IMG/VR virus record: IMGVR_UViG_3300017754_002544
Location: 60,114-124,113 of that record
DNA length: 64,000 nucleotides
From: a virus
Direction: 5' to 3' (one strand)
The notes under the pieces were generated by a model, which did no database searches, had not been told where the DNA came from, and worked only from the letters and a program-made list of their open reading frames with translations. Shown here piece after piece: positions 30,048 through 40,732 of the stretch. Position numbers and translations under genes: made by a program. Position 1 is the first letter of the stretch, and the number at the start of each line of letters is the position of its first letter.

Positions 30048-30449
30048 TTATTTAGCTAATTGGATTCCATATGCGTCCAATATTTCTTCAAGAGTCCCCT
30101 CTAAAACATTGCGACCTGTTAATATATCCTCGATTAATTCGCCAATGAAACCGTGAAATTTCTCGAAAGATTTTTCATTGTTTTGAATAGTAATACCAAA
30201 TTGTACTAATCCATTTGCGATACACTCCGTGCCTGACGTACCTTGTCCGTCAATTTCTATTCGCACGTCAAATTTACGAGCAAACGAAAACCCCCCTAAA
30301 TTCATATTGTACTTTTTCTTGCGATACATTAGGGAAAGTATACGCCCACTTAGTGTGCCTGAAATCTCTGTAAAATTTCGGGTTGATAATTCAGTATTGA
30401 ATACTAAATTTGCGTCACCTTGAATAAGGCTAATTGATACATTTTTCAT
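30048..30449 (-). CDS. early hypothetical protein
   Basis: 133-aa ORF near the head of the leftward unit. Confidence 0.6.
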   Translation of the reverse strand: MKNVSISLIQGDANLVFNTELSTRNFTEISGTLSGRILSLMYRKKKYNMNLGGFSFARKFDVRIEIDGQGTSGTECIANGLVQFGITIQNNEKSFEKFHGFIGELIEDILTGRNVLEGTLEEILDAYGIQLAK

Positions 30450-30898
30450 GACTATAAAATTTGTGTGTTAATGTTTGAGCGTAGCTTGTACCTAAACCTA
30501 TTCGACCCGAATAGACCTACTATGTTTGTTCACAACAAGACACAGTATGCACATTAACTTCTTTTGTCTACAATCCTTTTTTATCGTCCAGGCTCTGACG
30601 CACCTCTCCCACTAACCTAACCGGAGGCTTCAATACTTGTTGCAATATGTTTGCAAGTTTACTTTCTTAAGGCACGTTTTTCAGCACGTGAATTTCTTTG
30701 CTCAATTCGTTTCTTATCTTTGTTTGCAAGGTACAAAAATTGTCCTTCGATATTTTCCCTAATTTGTTGCACCTTTACAATTCTTTTACCTTTGTGCAAT
30801 TTACCGACCTTGTTAACCTTAGCCCTCCCGATTAGGCATTCCTTGTTAGGGAGGAAAATTGTCATTTTTTCCATTACTATTATTTTTATTTCTATATT

Positions 30899-31112
30899 CA
30901 AAGGTAAGAAAAGTTTTTCAATTTTGCAAGTTTTTTGTAAACTTTTTTTAATTATTTTCTTTTCCTTTATCCCCTTGTTTCTATAAAGTAAAGGTAAGAA
31001 AAGTTTTTCAATTTTGCAAGTTTTTTGTAAACTTTTTTTTAATTATTTCAACTTTCTTTTGTTGTCCTTTGACTACATTACAAATATAAACATATTAATT
31101 AATATAGCAAAA
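30899..31112 (-). promoter_or_regulatory. three tandem Bacteroidota sigma70-type promoters ~90 bp apart
   Basis: TACCTTTG (30899-30906), TACCTTTA, TATATTTG (31081-31088), each with upstream TTG; 50-bp exact repeat 30900-30949 = 30990-31039. Confidence 0.75.
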
Positions 31113-31673
31113 CTTTTGCAAGAAAATTTAATTGAAGTTATTAACAATTAATTGTTGAAAAAAAGATCCATAAAAATTTGTTTAATTCAATTTTTTTATA
31201 TATAAAAATCCGGAAAGCCTGGCCAATTTATATATAAAAATATTTCTAATTTCCAAACAATTAACAAAGAAAATTTATTAACAATTATATATTGAAAAAA
31301 AGTTTAAAAAAAGATCCCCAAAAATTTGGATAAGTCAAAAACTTTTATAGGTTAAACTGTCAAGACTCAAGCCCCCCACAAAACAAGAAACGAGAAAAGC
31401 AAGAAAAAATAAAAATAGTTTTGAACAAAATTTTTTTGAAAACTTTTGCCTTAAAAACTTGCATAAGTCCTGGATTTTTTTATGGGGGGTGCACCAAAAT
31501 TTTCCCCATAGGAGGGGAGGAGGTGGGGTAGGTGGTTATTCACGTAATGCCGATCCCCCATTCTAGATTTTTAATTACGGTTTTTAAACTATTTGGTTTT
31601 TGAATTTCAAATTTTGAATTTAGATTTCGGTGGTCAGACCCCCCTTTTATGTTTTTGATATCATAATTTCTAT

Positions 31674-31681
31674 TATATTTG
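31674..31681 (+). promoter_or_regulatory. TAnnTTTG -7 promoter element of the rightward unit
   Basis: TATATTTG upstream of the 31713 ORF. Confidence 0.55.
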
Positions 31682-31881
31682 TAATTGATTTTTAATTGTT
31701 TATTTTTGTAGTATGAAAACCAAAGATGATATAGTTGAAATGCTTAGGGGCTTACGTAAGTCTAGGGCAGATATACAAAAATCCCTCAGATGGGTATTGG
31801 ATAAGGAGACAATGGGTTATAAGATGTTAGAGGTATCCAAGTTAGATATTAAGATTGATTTATTATTAGAGATTCTGGATT

Positions 31882-32952
31882 ATGAAGAAATTGATATTAG
31901 CTATTAGTTATGTATTTGGTCTAGATGCAAGTGCACAGACTGTTGTTATGTATGATTATATGGAAACATGGAATTGGACTGGGCTATGGAACATTGGAAT
32001 TAATGCAAATTGGTATACAAACGCATCGGTAAGTCCTACTGAGAGTGCTGTTTTATTTGGAGTTGGTAATGGTTCTTCTGCTATTGAAGCAGATTGGTAT
32101 GTATTACCTAATGTTACTGGGTTAAATTCTTCTAGTCAGTATCAATTAAAGTTTAGATTGGCATCATATACCTTCTCTGCTCCAACTGCTGCGACAAGAG
32201 GACTTGATGCTGCTGATTATGTATCTGTTCAGGTATCGACTAATGGTGGGCCCTATGTAAATGAGTTGAGAATTGTTGGTAGTAGTAATGCGACTTGGCC
32301 ATATACTGCTAGTGGATCAGTTACCCACATAGCTAATGGGTCATTTACCAATTCAGCTGCACCTGTTGGTGATGTATATACGAGTACTACTGCTAATGGA
32401 ATATCTACAGTTACTTTAAACTTGTTACCCAACACGACTCAGGTTGCGATTGATATCTATTGTAGAGCTAACTCAGCTGGTGAAGAGTGGTGGATAGATA
32501 ACATAGAATTAATTGAGATTCCTGATATAGACTTGCCTGTAGAATTTGTAAGCTTCGAGGGGTTGCATAAGGGGGGTGTCAATTTCTTGGAATGGAGGAC
32601 GGGGAGTGAACATAATAGTGCATACTTTTCTTTGGAGAGATCGGTGGATGGAATTGATTGGGAGGAGATTGCAGTAGTTGGGTCTGTTGGGAATAGTGAT
32701 GGGGTGAATGACTATTGGTTTGAGGATGATGATTTTGAGGATGTGATAAACTATTATAGGTTGGTTCAGGTTGATATTGATGGAACTGAGAATTCGTTTG
32801 GTGGTATTATTTCTATAGATAATGAACAGGATGTATATGTTGTTAGGAGAGTTAATCTTTTGGGTCAGGAAGTATCTGATTTTTCTAGCGGACTTTTTAT
32901 CGAGATTTTAAGTGATGGCTCTATTAAAAAAATAATGTATGAAATTAAATAA
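31882..32952 (+). CDS. secreted beta-sandwich protein with T9SS-cargo-like C-terminal region
   Basis: signal peptide; LPVEFVSFEG..W.T.SE.N...F..ERS.DG..W...YYRL.QVD.DG; NLLGQEV...DGS.KKI tail. Confidence 0.7.
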   Translation: MKKLILAISYVFGLDASAQTVVMYDYMETWNWTGLWNIGINANWYTNASVSPTESAVLFGVGNGSSAIEADWYVLPNVTGLNSSSQYQLKFRLASYTFSAPTAATRGLDAADYVSVQVSTNGGPYVNELRIVGSSNATWPYTASGSVTHIANGSFTNSAAPVGDVYTSTTANGISTVTLNLLPNTTQVAIDIYCRANSAGEEWWIDNIELIEIPDIDLPVEFVSFEGLHKGGVNFLEWRTGSEHNSAYFSLERSVDGIDWEEIAVVGSVGNSDGVNDYWFEDDDFEDVINYYRLVQVDIDGTENSFGGIISIDNEQDVYVVRRVNLLGQEVSDFSSGLFIEILSDGSIKKIMYEIK

Positions 32953-33083
32953 AATTCGAATAATTGATTTATCTTTGCATAGATGCAGAGTATCTTGTGG
33001 ATCTAGATGTACCAGGTATGCTACACTTAGAGAATCAATAAGATACAGGTACAAATATAATTTGCCTATTACCAAAGGAATCA

Positions 33084-33227
33084 ATGAAGAAGTGGATTGA
33101 GTTTTATACAGTATCTTGTCAGGTGTATGCGATACCTACAATGAAAGTTACACATAGTAGAGATTTATTCGGAAGATATTCCCTAGATTTTATTTGGCTG
33201 AAGTGGGGAATCAGCCTAATGTTTTAA
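33084..33227 (+). CDS. small hypothetical protein (47 aa)
   Basis: manual translation MKKWIEFY...WLKWGISLMF. Confidence 0.45.
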   Translation: MKKWIEFYTVSCQVYAIPTMKVTHSRDLFGRYSLDFIWLKWGISLMF

Positions 33228-33242
33228 ACCAATATAAGTAAA

Positions 33243-33617
33243 ATGAAAAACCTAATCATTGCGTTGGCATTAGTGCTGACCACATTCTTGTCTTACTCTC
33301 AGAAGACAATGACAACAGAGGCAGTCCAATTAGCAGATTGGAATGCATTTCAACAAGAGTTTATTTGGGGAGAACCCTATTCTCAAAGCATTAGTTTCTT
33401 ACTTCAGGGTAATGTCATACTCGTTAGAGACCAACAGAATAGTACCTATACAACAATAGGTGATGCTTATGTTGATGATACTGAAACAGCCTATTGGGAT
33501 GCACTAGATGAAGGTGGTAGAAGTTGTCTTGTTGTAATGTACCATATAGAGAGCATCCTCATTATGGAAGTTATTTATGATGATGTTGCATTTAGATATT
33601 TTTTTGAAGAAGAGTAA
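33243..33617 (+). CDS. secreted hypothetical protein
   Basis: signal peptide ending SYSQ. Confidence 0.6.
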   Translation: MKNLIIALALVLTTFLSYSQKTMTTEAVQLADWNAFQQEFIWGEPYSQSISFLLQGNVILVRDQQNSTYTTIGDAYVDDTETAYWDALDEGGRSCLVVMYHIESILIMEVIYDDVAFRYFFEEE

Positions 33618-33618
33618 A

Positions 33619-34860
33619 ATGAATTCGTTAGATAAGCAGTATATAAATTTACTACAGGATATATTGGATAATGGAGTAGTAAAAAAGGATAGAACTGGGA
33701 CCGGGACAATCTCAGTATTTGGAAGATCAATACGTCATAAAATGTCAGAGGGATTCCCTTTGATAACAACCAAGAAGATGCCATTCAAAACGATTGCAAC
33801 AGAATTGATTTGGTTCTTGCGTGGTGATACAAATATCAAGTTTCTTGTTGATAATAATGTTCACATTTGGGATGGTGATGCTTATCGAAACTATGAAATC
33901 TTAATGATGGGTAATCCACCAGAAAAGATTTTAGATAAAGATGAGTTTATTCAGAAGATAAAGGAAGATGCTAAGATTGAACACTCACCATTTACATTTG
34001 CTCAAAAGTGGGGTGATTTAGGGCCTGTGTATGGAAAGCAATGGAGAAGTTGGGGAGGATTTGATAAAGTTCCTTATGGATGGGAACATGGTGCTATAAC
34101 AAATTATAAAGATGTTCCAAAATTTGATCAAATAGAAAATTCAATTCACTTACTTAAAACAGATCCTGATTCTAGACGTAATAAAGTTTCATCTTGGAAT
34201 GTTGAAGAGTTAGATAAAATGGTTCTTCCACCTTGTCATACTGATTTTCAATTATATACAAGAGAGCTTACAGAATATGAAAGATTTCATCTAGGATTGG
34301 ATAACGTAAACAATACTAACATTCCAACTAGAGCAATCTCTTTACTATGGAACCAGCGTTCAGTAGATACATTCTTAGGTTTACCATTTAATATAGCGTC
34401 CTATGGATTGCTATTAGAAATTATTGCAAAGGCAGTCAATATGGTTCCTGATGAACTGATTGGAAACTTAGGTGATACACATTTGTATTTGAATCATATT
34501 GAACAAGCTAAAGAACAAATTGGTAGACAGCTTTCTTTAGATGAAAGAAGAAGTATGGTTACTCAGGAAATGTTTAATGAAATATACGCAGGTGGTGGAC
34601 CTGAATTATTAAATCATACTGAATGTGATCAATGGGATATTCCAAGACATACAAGAGTTCCTTATAAGTTACCTAAATTAAATATTAATACAGAGTTCTG
34701 GACAACAGAATCCGGTGAATGTGGTGTAGGTCCTATTGATGCTATAGCAGTATTCAATGGTTTTACTAACGATAGCTTTTGTAAATGCTTATTAGAAGAT
34801 GATTTACAACTAGTTGATTATCAAGCACATCCACATATTAAAGCCCCTTTATCAAACTAA
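33619..34860 (+). CDS. thyA: thymidylate synthase with insertions
   Basis: DRTGTGT, ELIWFLRG, LGPVYGKQWR, LPPCH, QRSVD.FLGLPFN, GDTHLY. Confidence 0.95.
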   Translation: MNSLDKQYINLLQDILDNGVVKKDRTGTGTISVFGRSIRHKMSEGFPLITTKKMPFKTIATELIWFLRGDTNIKFLVDNNVHIWDGDAYRNYEILMMGNPPEKILDKDEFIQKIKEDAKIEHSPFTFAQKWGDLGPVYGKQWRSWGGFDKVPYGWEHGAITNYKDVPKFDQIENSIHLLKTDPDSRRNKVSSWNVEELDKMVLPPCHTDFQLYTRELTEYERFHLGLDNVNNTNIPTRAISLLWNQRSVDTFLGLPFNIASYGLLLEIIAKAVNMVPDELIGNLGDTHLYLNHIEQAKEQIGRQLSLDERRSMVTQEMFNEIYAGGGPELLNHTECDQWDIPRHTRVPYKLPKLNINTEFWTTESGECGVGPIDAIAVFNGFTNDSFCKCLLEDDLQLVDYQAHPHIKAPLSN

Positions 34861-34862
34861 CT

Positions 34863-35270
34863 ATGGAATTTTTAAACTCACACCCAATTAAAAAATCTGA
34901 TTTAGGATTTCACGGAAATCTATTCGGAGGAAAATTATTAGCATGGATTGATGCCTCAGCTGCAGGTTACGCTATGCAACTTTGTGATACACCAAGAATG
35001 GTAACAGTATCAATTGATAAATGTAATTTTGAGAAGCCTGCTAGAGAGGGACAACTAGTTAAGGTATATGGTCATCCAGAGTCAATAGGTAATACGTCTA
35101 TAAATTTATATATGGAGGCTAGAGCTCACAATGTATATACAGGAAACCAAGTTGTAGTTTTAAAAACACATATAAAGTTTGTACACATTGATGAAGAAGG
35201 CCACCCAATTCCATTAGGAGAAAAAGCTAGGAAAAGAGTTTCAGAGATACTTAATATGTCTAAAAAATAA
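34863..35270 (+). CDS. acyl-CoA thioesterase (hotdog fold, YciA-like)
   Basis: GNLFGGKLLAWID, VTVSID, FVHIDEEG.P. Confidence 0.85.
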   Translation: MEFLNSHPIKKSDLGFHGNLFGGKLLAWIDASAAGYAMQLCDTPRMVTVSIDKCNFEKPAREGQLVKVYGHPESIGNTSINLYMEARAHNVYTGNQVVVLKTHIKFVHIDEEGHPIPLGEKARKRVSEILNMSKK

Positions 35271-35794
35271 AAATAAATTTCTATTTACCAAAAATTATAA
35301 CTAATATTGTGTTATGGAAAACAAATTTATAGTATCTGTAAAACCACTTGATATTGATAATTGGGTAGAAGAAAACGAATTAACCCTCCACTTATCATCT
35401 TTAAATTCTACAAGAGAATTGCTAGATACCGGATCTGGTGATGGAGTTGTCTTACTTATGGAGTTTGAATGGATGGGAGAGACATATGCAAAGATATATA
35501 GTCATGTTGATAACATGCCAGATGCTTTAAGAGTAGCTGAAGAATACTTTGCTTCTGAGGATATGTTTGAAGAAGCTATAGAAGCTAGAGACTTGATACC
35601 TAAAATATCAGAGTATGCTCTGACTTATGATAAAGGTTTACCAGGAGTTTCTATTACTAAACTCTGAGAGTACTTATACTCTGATTTATAATCTATTCTT
35701 ACAACCCCTTTATTTTTTATCCAATCTTCTGGATAAAACTCATTTGCTAACTTCTTTAGTTCTTCTACAGAATCAGCTTGTATATTTGCTAATA

Positions 35795-36343
35795 CTAACA
35801 AGATGTTATATCATTAGTCATTAGTAAAAATGTACATAATTTTATAACATCCCTAGTATTAAACTTTGGACTTGTAACTTTTACATCAAAGTCTGAAAAG
35901 TTTTCAAAGTCTTTTCTATCAGCTTCTAATCTTCTTTCTGCAGAATCAGCATCTGATCTTTTTTCTATTCTTTCCCTTCTAATATTTTCTGCTATATCTA
36001 GATATATAATTATACTATTTTCTCTATCGTATTCTGATAGTTGTGATATGCCACTAGGTGTCATAATAAATATATCTGATGTATCCCAACTTAATCTAGC
36101 AGTTCCATAAAGCCATCCATTGAATTCTACATACTCTTTGAACATTCCCATATCTATACCTTGTCTAAACTCTACTTCAGATATAAAATCATATGAATAT
36201 CCATTTACTTCTCCCTCTCTTGGGGGTCTAGTGGTTTTAGATACATCTTTTATAAATCCTATCTTAACAAAGTTATCTACTAGATAATCTTTTCCTGAAG
36301 CTGCACATCCGACAACAATTATTCTTTTGGTTTCTCTATTCAT
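35795..36343 (-). CDS. gmk: guanylate kinase-like protein
   Basis: G.AASGKD, TTRPPREGEVNG..YDFIS, WLYGT. Confidence 0.85.
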   Translation of the reverse strand: MNRETKRIIVVGCAASGKDYLVDNFVKIGFIKDVSKTTRPPREGEVNGYSYDFISEVEFRQGIDMGMFKEYVEFNGWLYGTARLSWDTSDIFIMTPSGISQLSEYDRENSIIIYLDIAENIRRERIEKRSDADSAERRLEADRKDFENFSDFDVKVTSPKFNTRDVIKLCTFLLMTNDITSC

Positions 36344-36423
36344 GGCTTTAATTTATTATTGAATCTATCTATACAAAACGATACTAATATAATTAAAAAA
36401 AATGGAATTACAACAATCATGAT

Positions 36424-36672
36424 TTATAAAACACAATAAACCTCTCCTTCATTTAAAAGAATGTATTCTTTATCTTCTACTGTAATTAATTTTCCAGCAT
36501 ATTCACTAAAGATTACGATACTTCCAATCTTTATTTCTGATGTAACTTCATCACCAATTGATACTACTACGCCTCTATCTGGTTTTTTATTTGGATCAAT
36601 TATGATACCTGATATAGATTTCTCTTGAGTATTTTCTACCTCTACAATTATTTTATTATTTATTGCTTTCAT
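36424..36672 (-). CDS. groES: co-chaperonin GroES
   Basis: SGIII...G.VV..G...F.EYAG. Confidence 0.9.
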   Translation of the reverse strand: MKAINNKIIVEVENTQEKSISGIIIDPNKKPDRGVVVSIGDEVTSEIKIGSIVIFSEYAGKLITVEDKEYILLNEGEVYCVL

Positions 36673-38258
36673 TATTCATTTGGTTTTTTAGATATTACTG
36701 CTTCTGTTGTTAAAATCATTGATGCTATTGATACAGCATTCATTAATGCAGACTTTGTTACTTTTGCTGGATCGATAATACCAGCATCAATCATATTTGT
36801 AAACTTATCTGATCTTAAATCGTATCCTGTACCATTGTCTAATTCACAAATTTTTTCAAATATTGAGTTGACTGTCAATCCTGCATTATCTAAGATTTGA
36901 AATAATGGTTCTCTTAAAGATTTCAAAACTATATCAACACCTAATTCTTCATCAGCATTGTATATTGATATAGAGTTCTTATCGAATCTTTCTCCGGCCA
37001 ATACTAATTCTACACCACCACCTGGTACTATACCATCTTCTAATGCTGCCTTTGTAGCTGATAATGCATCATCCACTCTATACTTTTTCTCTTCGATTTC
37101 AGTTTCAGTAGTACCACCAACATATAATACTGCAGCACCCTTAACTAATCTTCCTAATCTTTCTTGAAGCTTTTCTCTTGCATATGCATCTTCCTCTTCA
37201 GGTATTAGGCTTTCTATTTGCTTGATACGTGCTTCGATATCGTCTGCATCTCCATTACCATCTATGATTATTGTCTTATCTTTTCCAACAGTAACTTTAG
37301 TAGCATAGCCTAACATTTCTAGAGTAGTGTCTTCAAGCTTCATACTTTTACTAGATGCTATAAACTCTGCGCCAGTAATTGCAGCTATATCTTCAAGCAT
37401 ACTTCCTCTAGTATCACCAAATCCTGGAGCCTTAACACAGCATACGTTTATGATACCTTGTGAATGATTTAATATAATTGTAGGAATTACATTGCTATCT
37501 ATTTCATCAGAGATGATTAATAAAGGTTTATTCTTACCAACTTTTTCTAAGATAGGAAGTAATTCCCTCATACTGAAAATCTTATGATCTGTTACTAGTA
37601 TGTAAGCATTCTCAAGTTCAGCAGTTTTCTTTTCAATATTTGTCATGAAGTAGGGATGAACATATCCTCTATCAAATTCAGTACCCTCTACTACAACTAC
37701 TGTAGTGTCAATATTTGTAGATTGTTCAACTGTAACAATTCCTGACTTACCTACCCTATGGATAGCTTCAGCTATAAGACCACCGATATACTCGTCATTA
37801 TTAGCAGATATAGTTGCTACGTGTTTTAATTCTGCACTATCTAAAGTTATCTTTTTAGAATCAGCATCAATCATTTTGAGTAGCATATCTAAGGCCTTAT
37901 GCATACCTCTCTTCAAATCCATAGGATTAGCATCAGTTGCTAGATACTTCATTCCCAATTTAAGCATTGATTGAGTTAGTATGGTAGCTGTTGTTGTACC
38001 ATCTCCAGCCATCTCTTCAGTTTTTGATGCAGCTTCTTTTAAAAAGTAAGCTCCCATATTTTCAATTGGATCATCTAATTCTACTGATCGAGCTACTGTA
38101 ACGCCATCATTCGTAACAAAAGCAGCGTGCATACCTTCTCCAATCATTACGTTTCTACCCTTTGCACCAAGGGTTACTCTAACAGCATTAGCTAGTTTGT
38201 CAGCTCCTGCCATTATTTTTTCTCTTGCTTCTTTGTTAAAAATTATTTGTTTTGACAT
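36672..38258 (-). CDS. groEL: chaperonin GroEL
   Basis: TLGAKGRNV, GDGTTTAT, FDRGY, KAPGFGD, GIVPGGG, GIIDPAKV. Confidence 0.97.
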   Translation of the reverse strand: MSKQIIFNKEAREKIMAGADKLANAVRVTLGAKGRNVMIGEGMHAAFVTNDGVTVARSVELDDPIENMGAYFLKEAASKTEEMAGDGTTTATILTQSMLKLGMKYLATDANPMDLKRGMHKALDMLLKMIDADSKKITLDSAELKHVATISANNDEYIGGLIAEAIHRVGKSGIVTVEQSTNIDTTVVVVEGTEFDRGYVHPYFMTNIEKKTAELENAYILVTDHKIFSMRELLPILEKVGKNKPLLIISDEIDSNVIPTIILNHSQGIINVCCVKAPGFGDTRGSMLEDIAAITGAEFIASSKSMKLEDTTLEMLGYATKVTVGKDKTIIIDGNGDADDIEARIKQIESLIPEEEDAYAREKLQERLGRLVKGAAVLYVGGTTETEIEEKKYRVDDALSATKAALEDGIVPGGGVELVLAGERFDKNSISIYNADEELGVDIVLKSLREPLFQILDNAGLTVNSIFEKICELDNGTGYDLRSDKFTNMIDAGIIDPAKVTKSALMNAVSIASMILTTEAVISKKPNE

Positions 38259-38264
38259 TTTGGT

Positions 38265-39836
38265 TTATATTAAGTTAGTGAATTTTCCTTCAAAGTATAA
38301 TAGATGTTGGAATCTTCCGTTTGATAAAATTATTCCATTGCTTTGTGCCCAACTGGACAATCCTTTATTGTATTTGTGATCAAGTACTGATGATAATCCA
38401 ACTCCATGTGCATTATCGATTGTATAAGGGTAGTGCTTGTCTCCGGAAACAATTGGAGTATTAAGCTTTGCAAAAGTGTTTGGAGTACCTTTTGCACCAT
38501 TTGATCCTAAGTCACCATGATTGTTTATTTCAATACCTGATACTTCAAATGAATCATCTCTACTTAAACAATTTATTTTATCTCCGAACTCTTCCTCAAG
38601 GACATACGCATACAATCCTTTAGGTGCTTGTTCATTAAATAAAACATTTTGAAATTTATTAAATAGAAACGCATTAGTTGTATCATTATATCCCTTGTTG
38701 AATCTAACCCATTTGTCTAACCAATCAGGGTGATTACTAGGGATTATAACCATATTCGTATCAATCCAATTTCTAATAAAATCTAAATTAGCTTCAAGTT
38801 CTAAATCTAATCTATTTAGACCCTTTTTAGCTTTTATGACTTGTTCAACATAGTCATTGCCTTGATGTGGATTTATAGAGTATCCATCCATTAAGTCATG
38901 CCATATTGTCATTTTACAATTTGATATATTGACTAGTCTTTTAGCTTCTTCTAGTAGTTGATTATCTTCTTTTGATATATGGGTGTCTCCAAATATCATA
39001 GCATCCCAATCTTTACTTGCTTTTACTTTACCATTTTGAACTCTATATATTAAATCTTGGAAAGACCCATCATCTTCAGCATGTACATGTCTAGATACAA
39101 AGTTTGATTCTGATATATTTTCAACAAATAAGAATCCCATTTTATGATGATGAATAGCCTCTTTTCCAATTCTAGATTTTCTGTAATTAGGTATTGTAAC
39201 AGATCCTGTAGAAAAAGTAAACTTTCTTCTTGAGTTCTTCATTGTTGGAACTATATCCATATGTTGTCTTGGATGTCCGATAATAGTACTTTCTATTCCA
39301 GTAATACCATATAATCCTAATAGTGGTCTTTTAGCTGTAGGAAGAATATCCGCATCAGGAATAAGAACTAAATGGTTATGTATGTGAGCTTCTGTTGCAA
39401 ATAGATAATCCTCAAGTTCAGAATCCCAAACTTCAACTCTTTTTGAAAAAGCTGAATTGTTATTAAGGTATGTTCCGGGTATTACTATAATTGTAGCATC
39501 ATGATAATCAGCGTAGCATTTTATATTTTCCCAGAGATTACTATCTATTGGAGTATGGGCTTGTGCCCAAGTAATAATATAATTCTTTTTAGAATCGTCA
39601 AAAGACCTATTAATAGCTGACTTATATTGTTTAGATTTTGACGGATTTTCAAATGAAGTGGCTCCGATATCTTTTAAGATTCTTTGAATATTTCTAGCTT
39701 TATATGTACTAAATTCAATATCCTTTATCTTACAATACTCTTTGGCTATCGTTGTGATGTTTAACCCATCTTTTACATTACTCTTTTCAAAGAGGGTCAT
39801 TATCAATTCTTTATCGTATTTTATTGTATTTGACAT
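38265..39836 (-). CDS. T5 A1-like metallophosphoesterase/nuclease
   Basis: IITWAQ, GHP, TGSVT..NY, GDTH, HDL.D, SNH, HGD.G.NG..G, SSW motifs in A1 order. Confidence 0.65.
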   Translation of the reverse strand: MSNTIKYDKELIMTLFEKSNVKDGLNITTIAKEYCKIKDIEFSTYKARNIQRILKDIGATSFENPSKSKQYKSAINRSFDDSKKNYIITWAQAHTPIDSNLWENIKCYADYHDATIIVIPGTYLNNNSAFSKRVEVWDSELEDYLFATEAHIHNHLVLIPDADILPTAKRPLLGLYGITGIESTIIGHPRQHMDIVPTMKNSRRKFTFSTGSVTIPNYRKSRIGKEAIHHHKMGFLFVENISESNFVSRHVHAEDDGSFQDLIYRVQNGKVKASKDWDAMIFGDTHISKEDNQLLEEAKRLVNISNCKMTIWHDLMDGYSINPHQGNDYVEQVIKAKKGLNRLDLELEANLDFIRNWIDTNMVIIPSNHPDWLDKWVRFNKGYNDTTNAFLFNKFQNVLFNEQAPKGLYAYVLEEEFGDKINCLSRDDSFEVSGIEINNHGDLGSNGAKGTPNTFAKLNTPIVSGDKHYPYTIDNAHGVGLSSVLDHKYNKGLSSWAQSNGIILSNGRFQHLLYFEGKFTNLI

Positions 39837-40280
39837 AATTAAAAGTCGTCTATAAAATCTTGCATATCATCAAAATCAAAATCTAAGTCTCTGATATCCT
39901 CGATATTTTTATTATAATGTCTCTTAAACTCTTTCTGATCTTTTACCCACTCTCCTGTTAGGGAAGGGAAGAAAATAAACAAATCTCCACTATCTAGCAG
40001 AGATTCGTACATTTTTTTAATTTCAGAGCTTGACATGGTTTAACATTTTTCAGAGATAGCTCTAGCTAGTTCTCTTAAATCTGCATTCTTAAAGATTAAA
40101 TCATTAGGAGTTGTAAATAGGTATTCATTACCATTTACTATTGCTTTAACTCTAAATTCACCATCAAATGTTTTAACAGATGATAAATACGTACAGCTTT
40201 TTGGCAATGTCTTTTTCAAAACCTTTAACTGATTTGCAAATAAAGCTTGAAGAGCTGGTTTATTATTTTTTAAGTTCATT

Positions 40281-40679
40281 TTAAGAATTTACTTTATATT
40301 CAATATTATTTCCATGTACTGAATAGTACTCCATATCGTCTAGATTATAAATAAAAACTAGAGTCATATACTTATCAAAGTAGATTATATAGGATTTTCC
40401 ATCAGCACTACTTAAGTCATATCTATCATACATTTCAGTACTATAGAATGCGTCTATGTAAAAAAATGAATTGTTACCTAATTTACTAGGTAGATATTTT
40501 GAAGTACAATTCAAAAATCCTAGATTACTATTTATAGAAAATTTTATAGTATCCTCTACGTATTCTTTATATTCAAGCTTCGCTTTACGTATAAAATAAT
40601 CTTTATATTTCTCTATAAATACTTGGGAATTAGCACTAAAACTAATTAAAAACAAAAATACACACAACAACTTCTTCAT
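40281..40679 (-). CDS. secreted hypothetical protein
   Basis: signal peptide ending ANSQ. Confidence 0.6.
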   Translation of the reverse strand: MKKLLCVFLFLISFSANSQVFIEKYKDYFIRKAKLEYKEYVEDTIKFSINSNLGFLNCTSKYLPSKLGNNSFFYIDAFYSTEMYDRYDLSSADGKSYIIYFDKYMTLVFIYNLDDMEYYSVHGNNIEYKVNS

Positions 40680-40732
40680 ATCTCTAAATTTTAAGTAGCC
40701 CTAGCCAATATAACTAGGGCATTGATTTTTTT

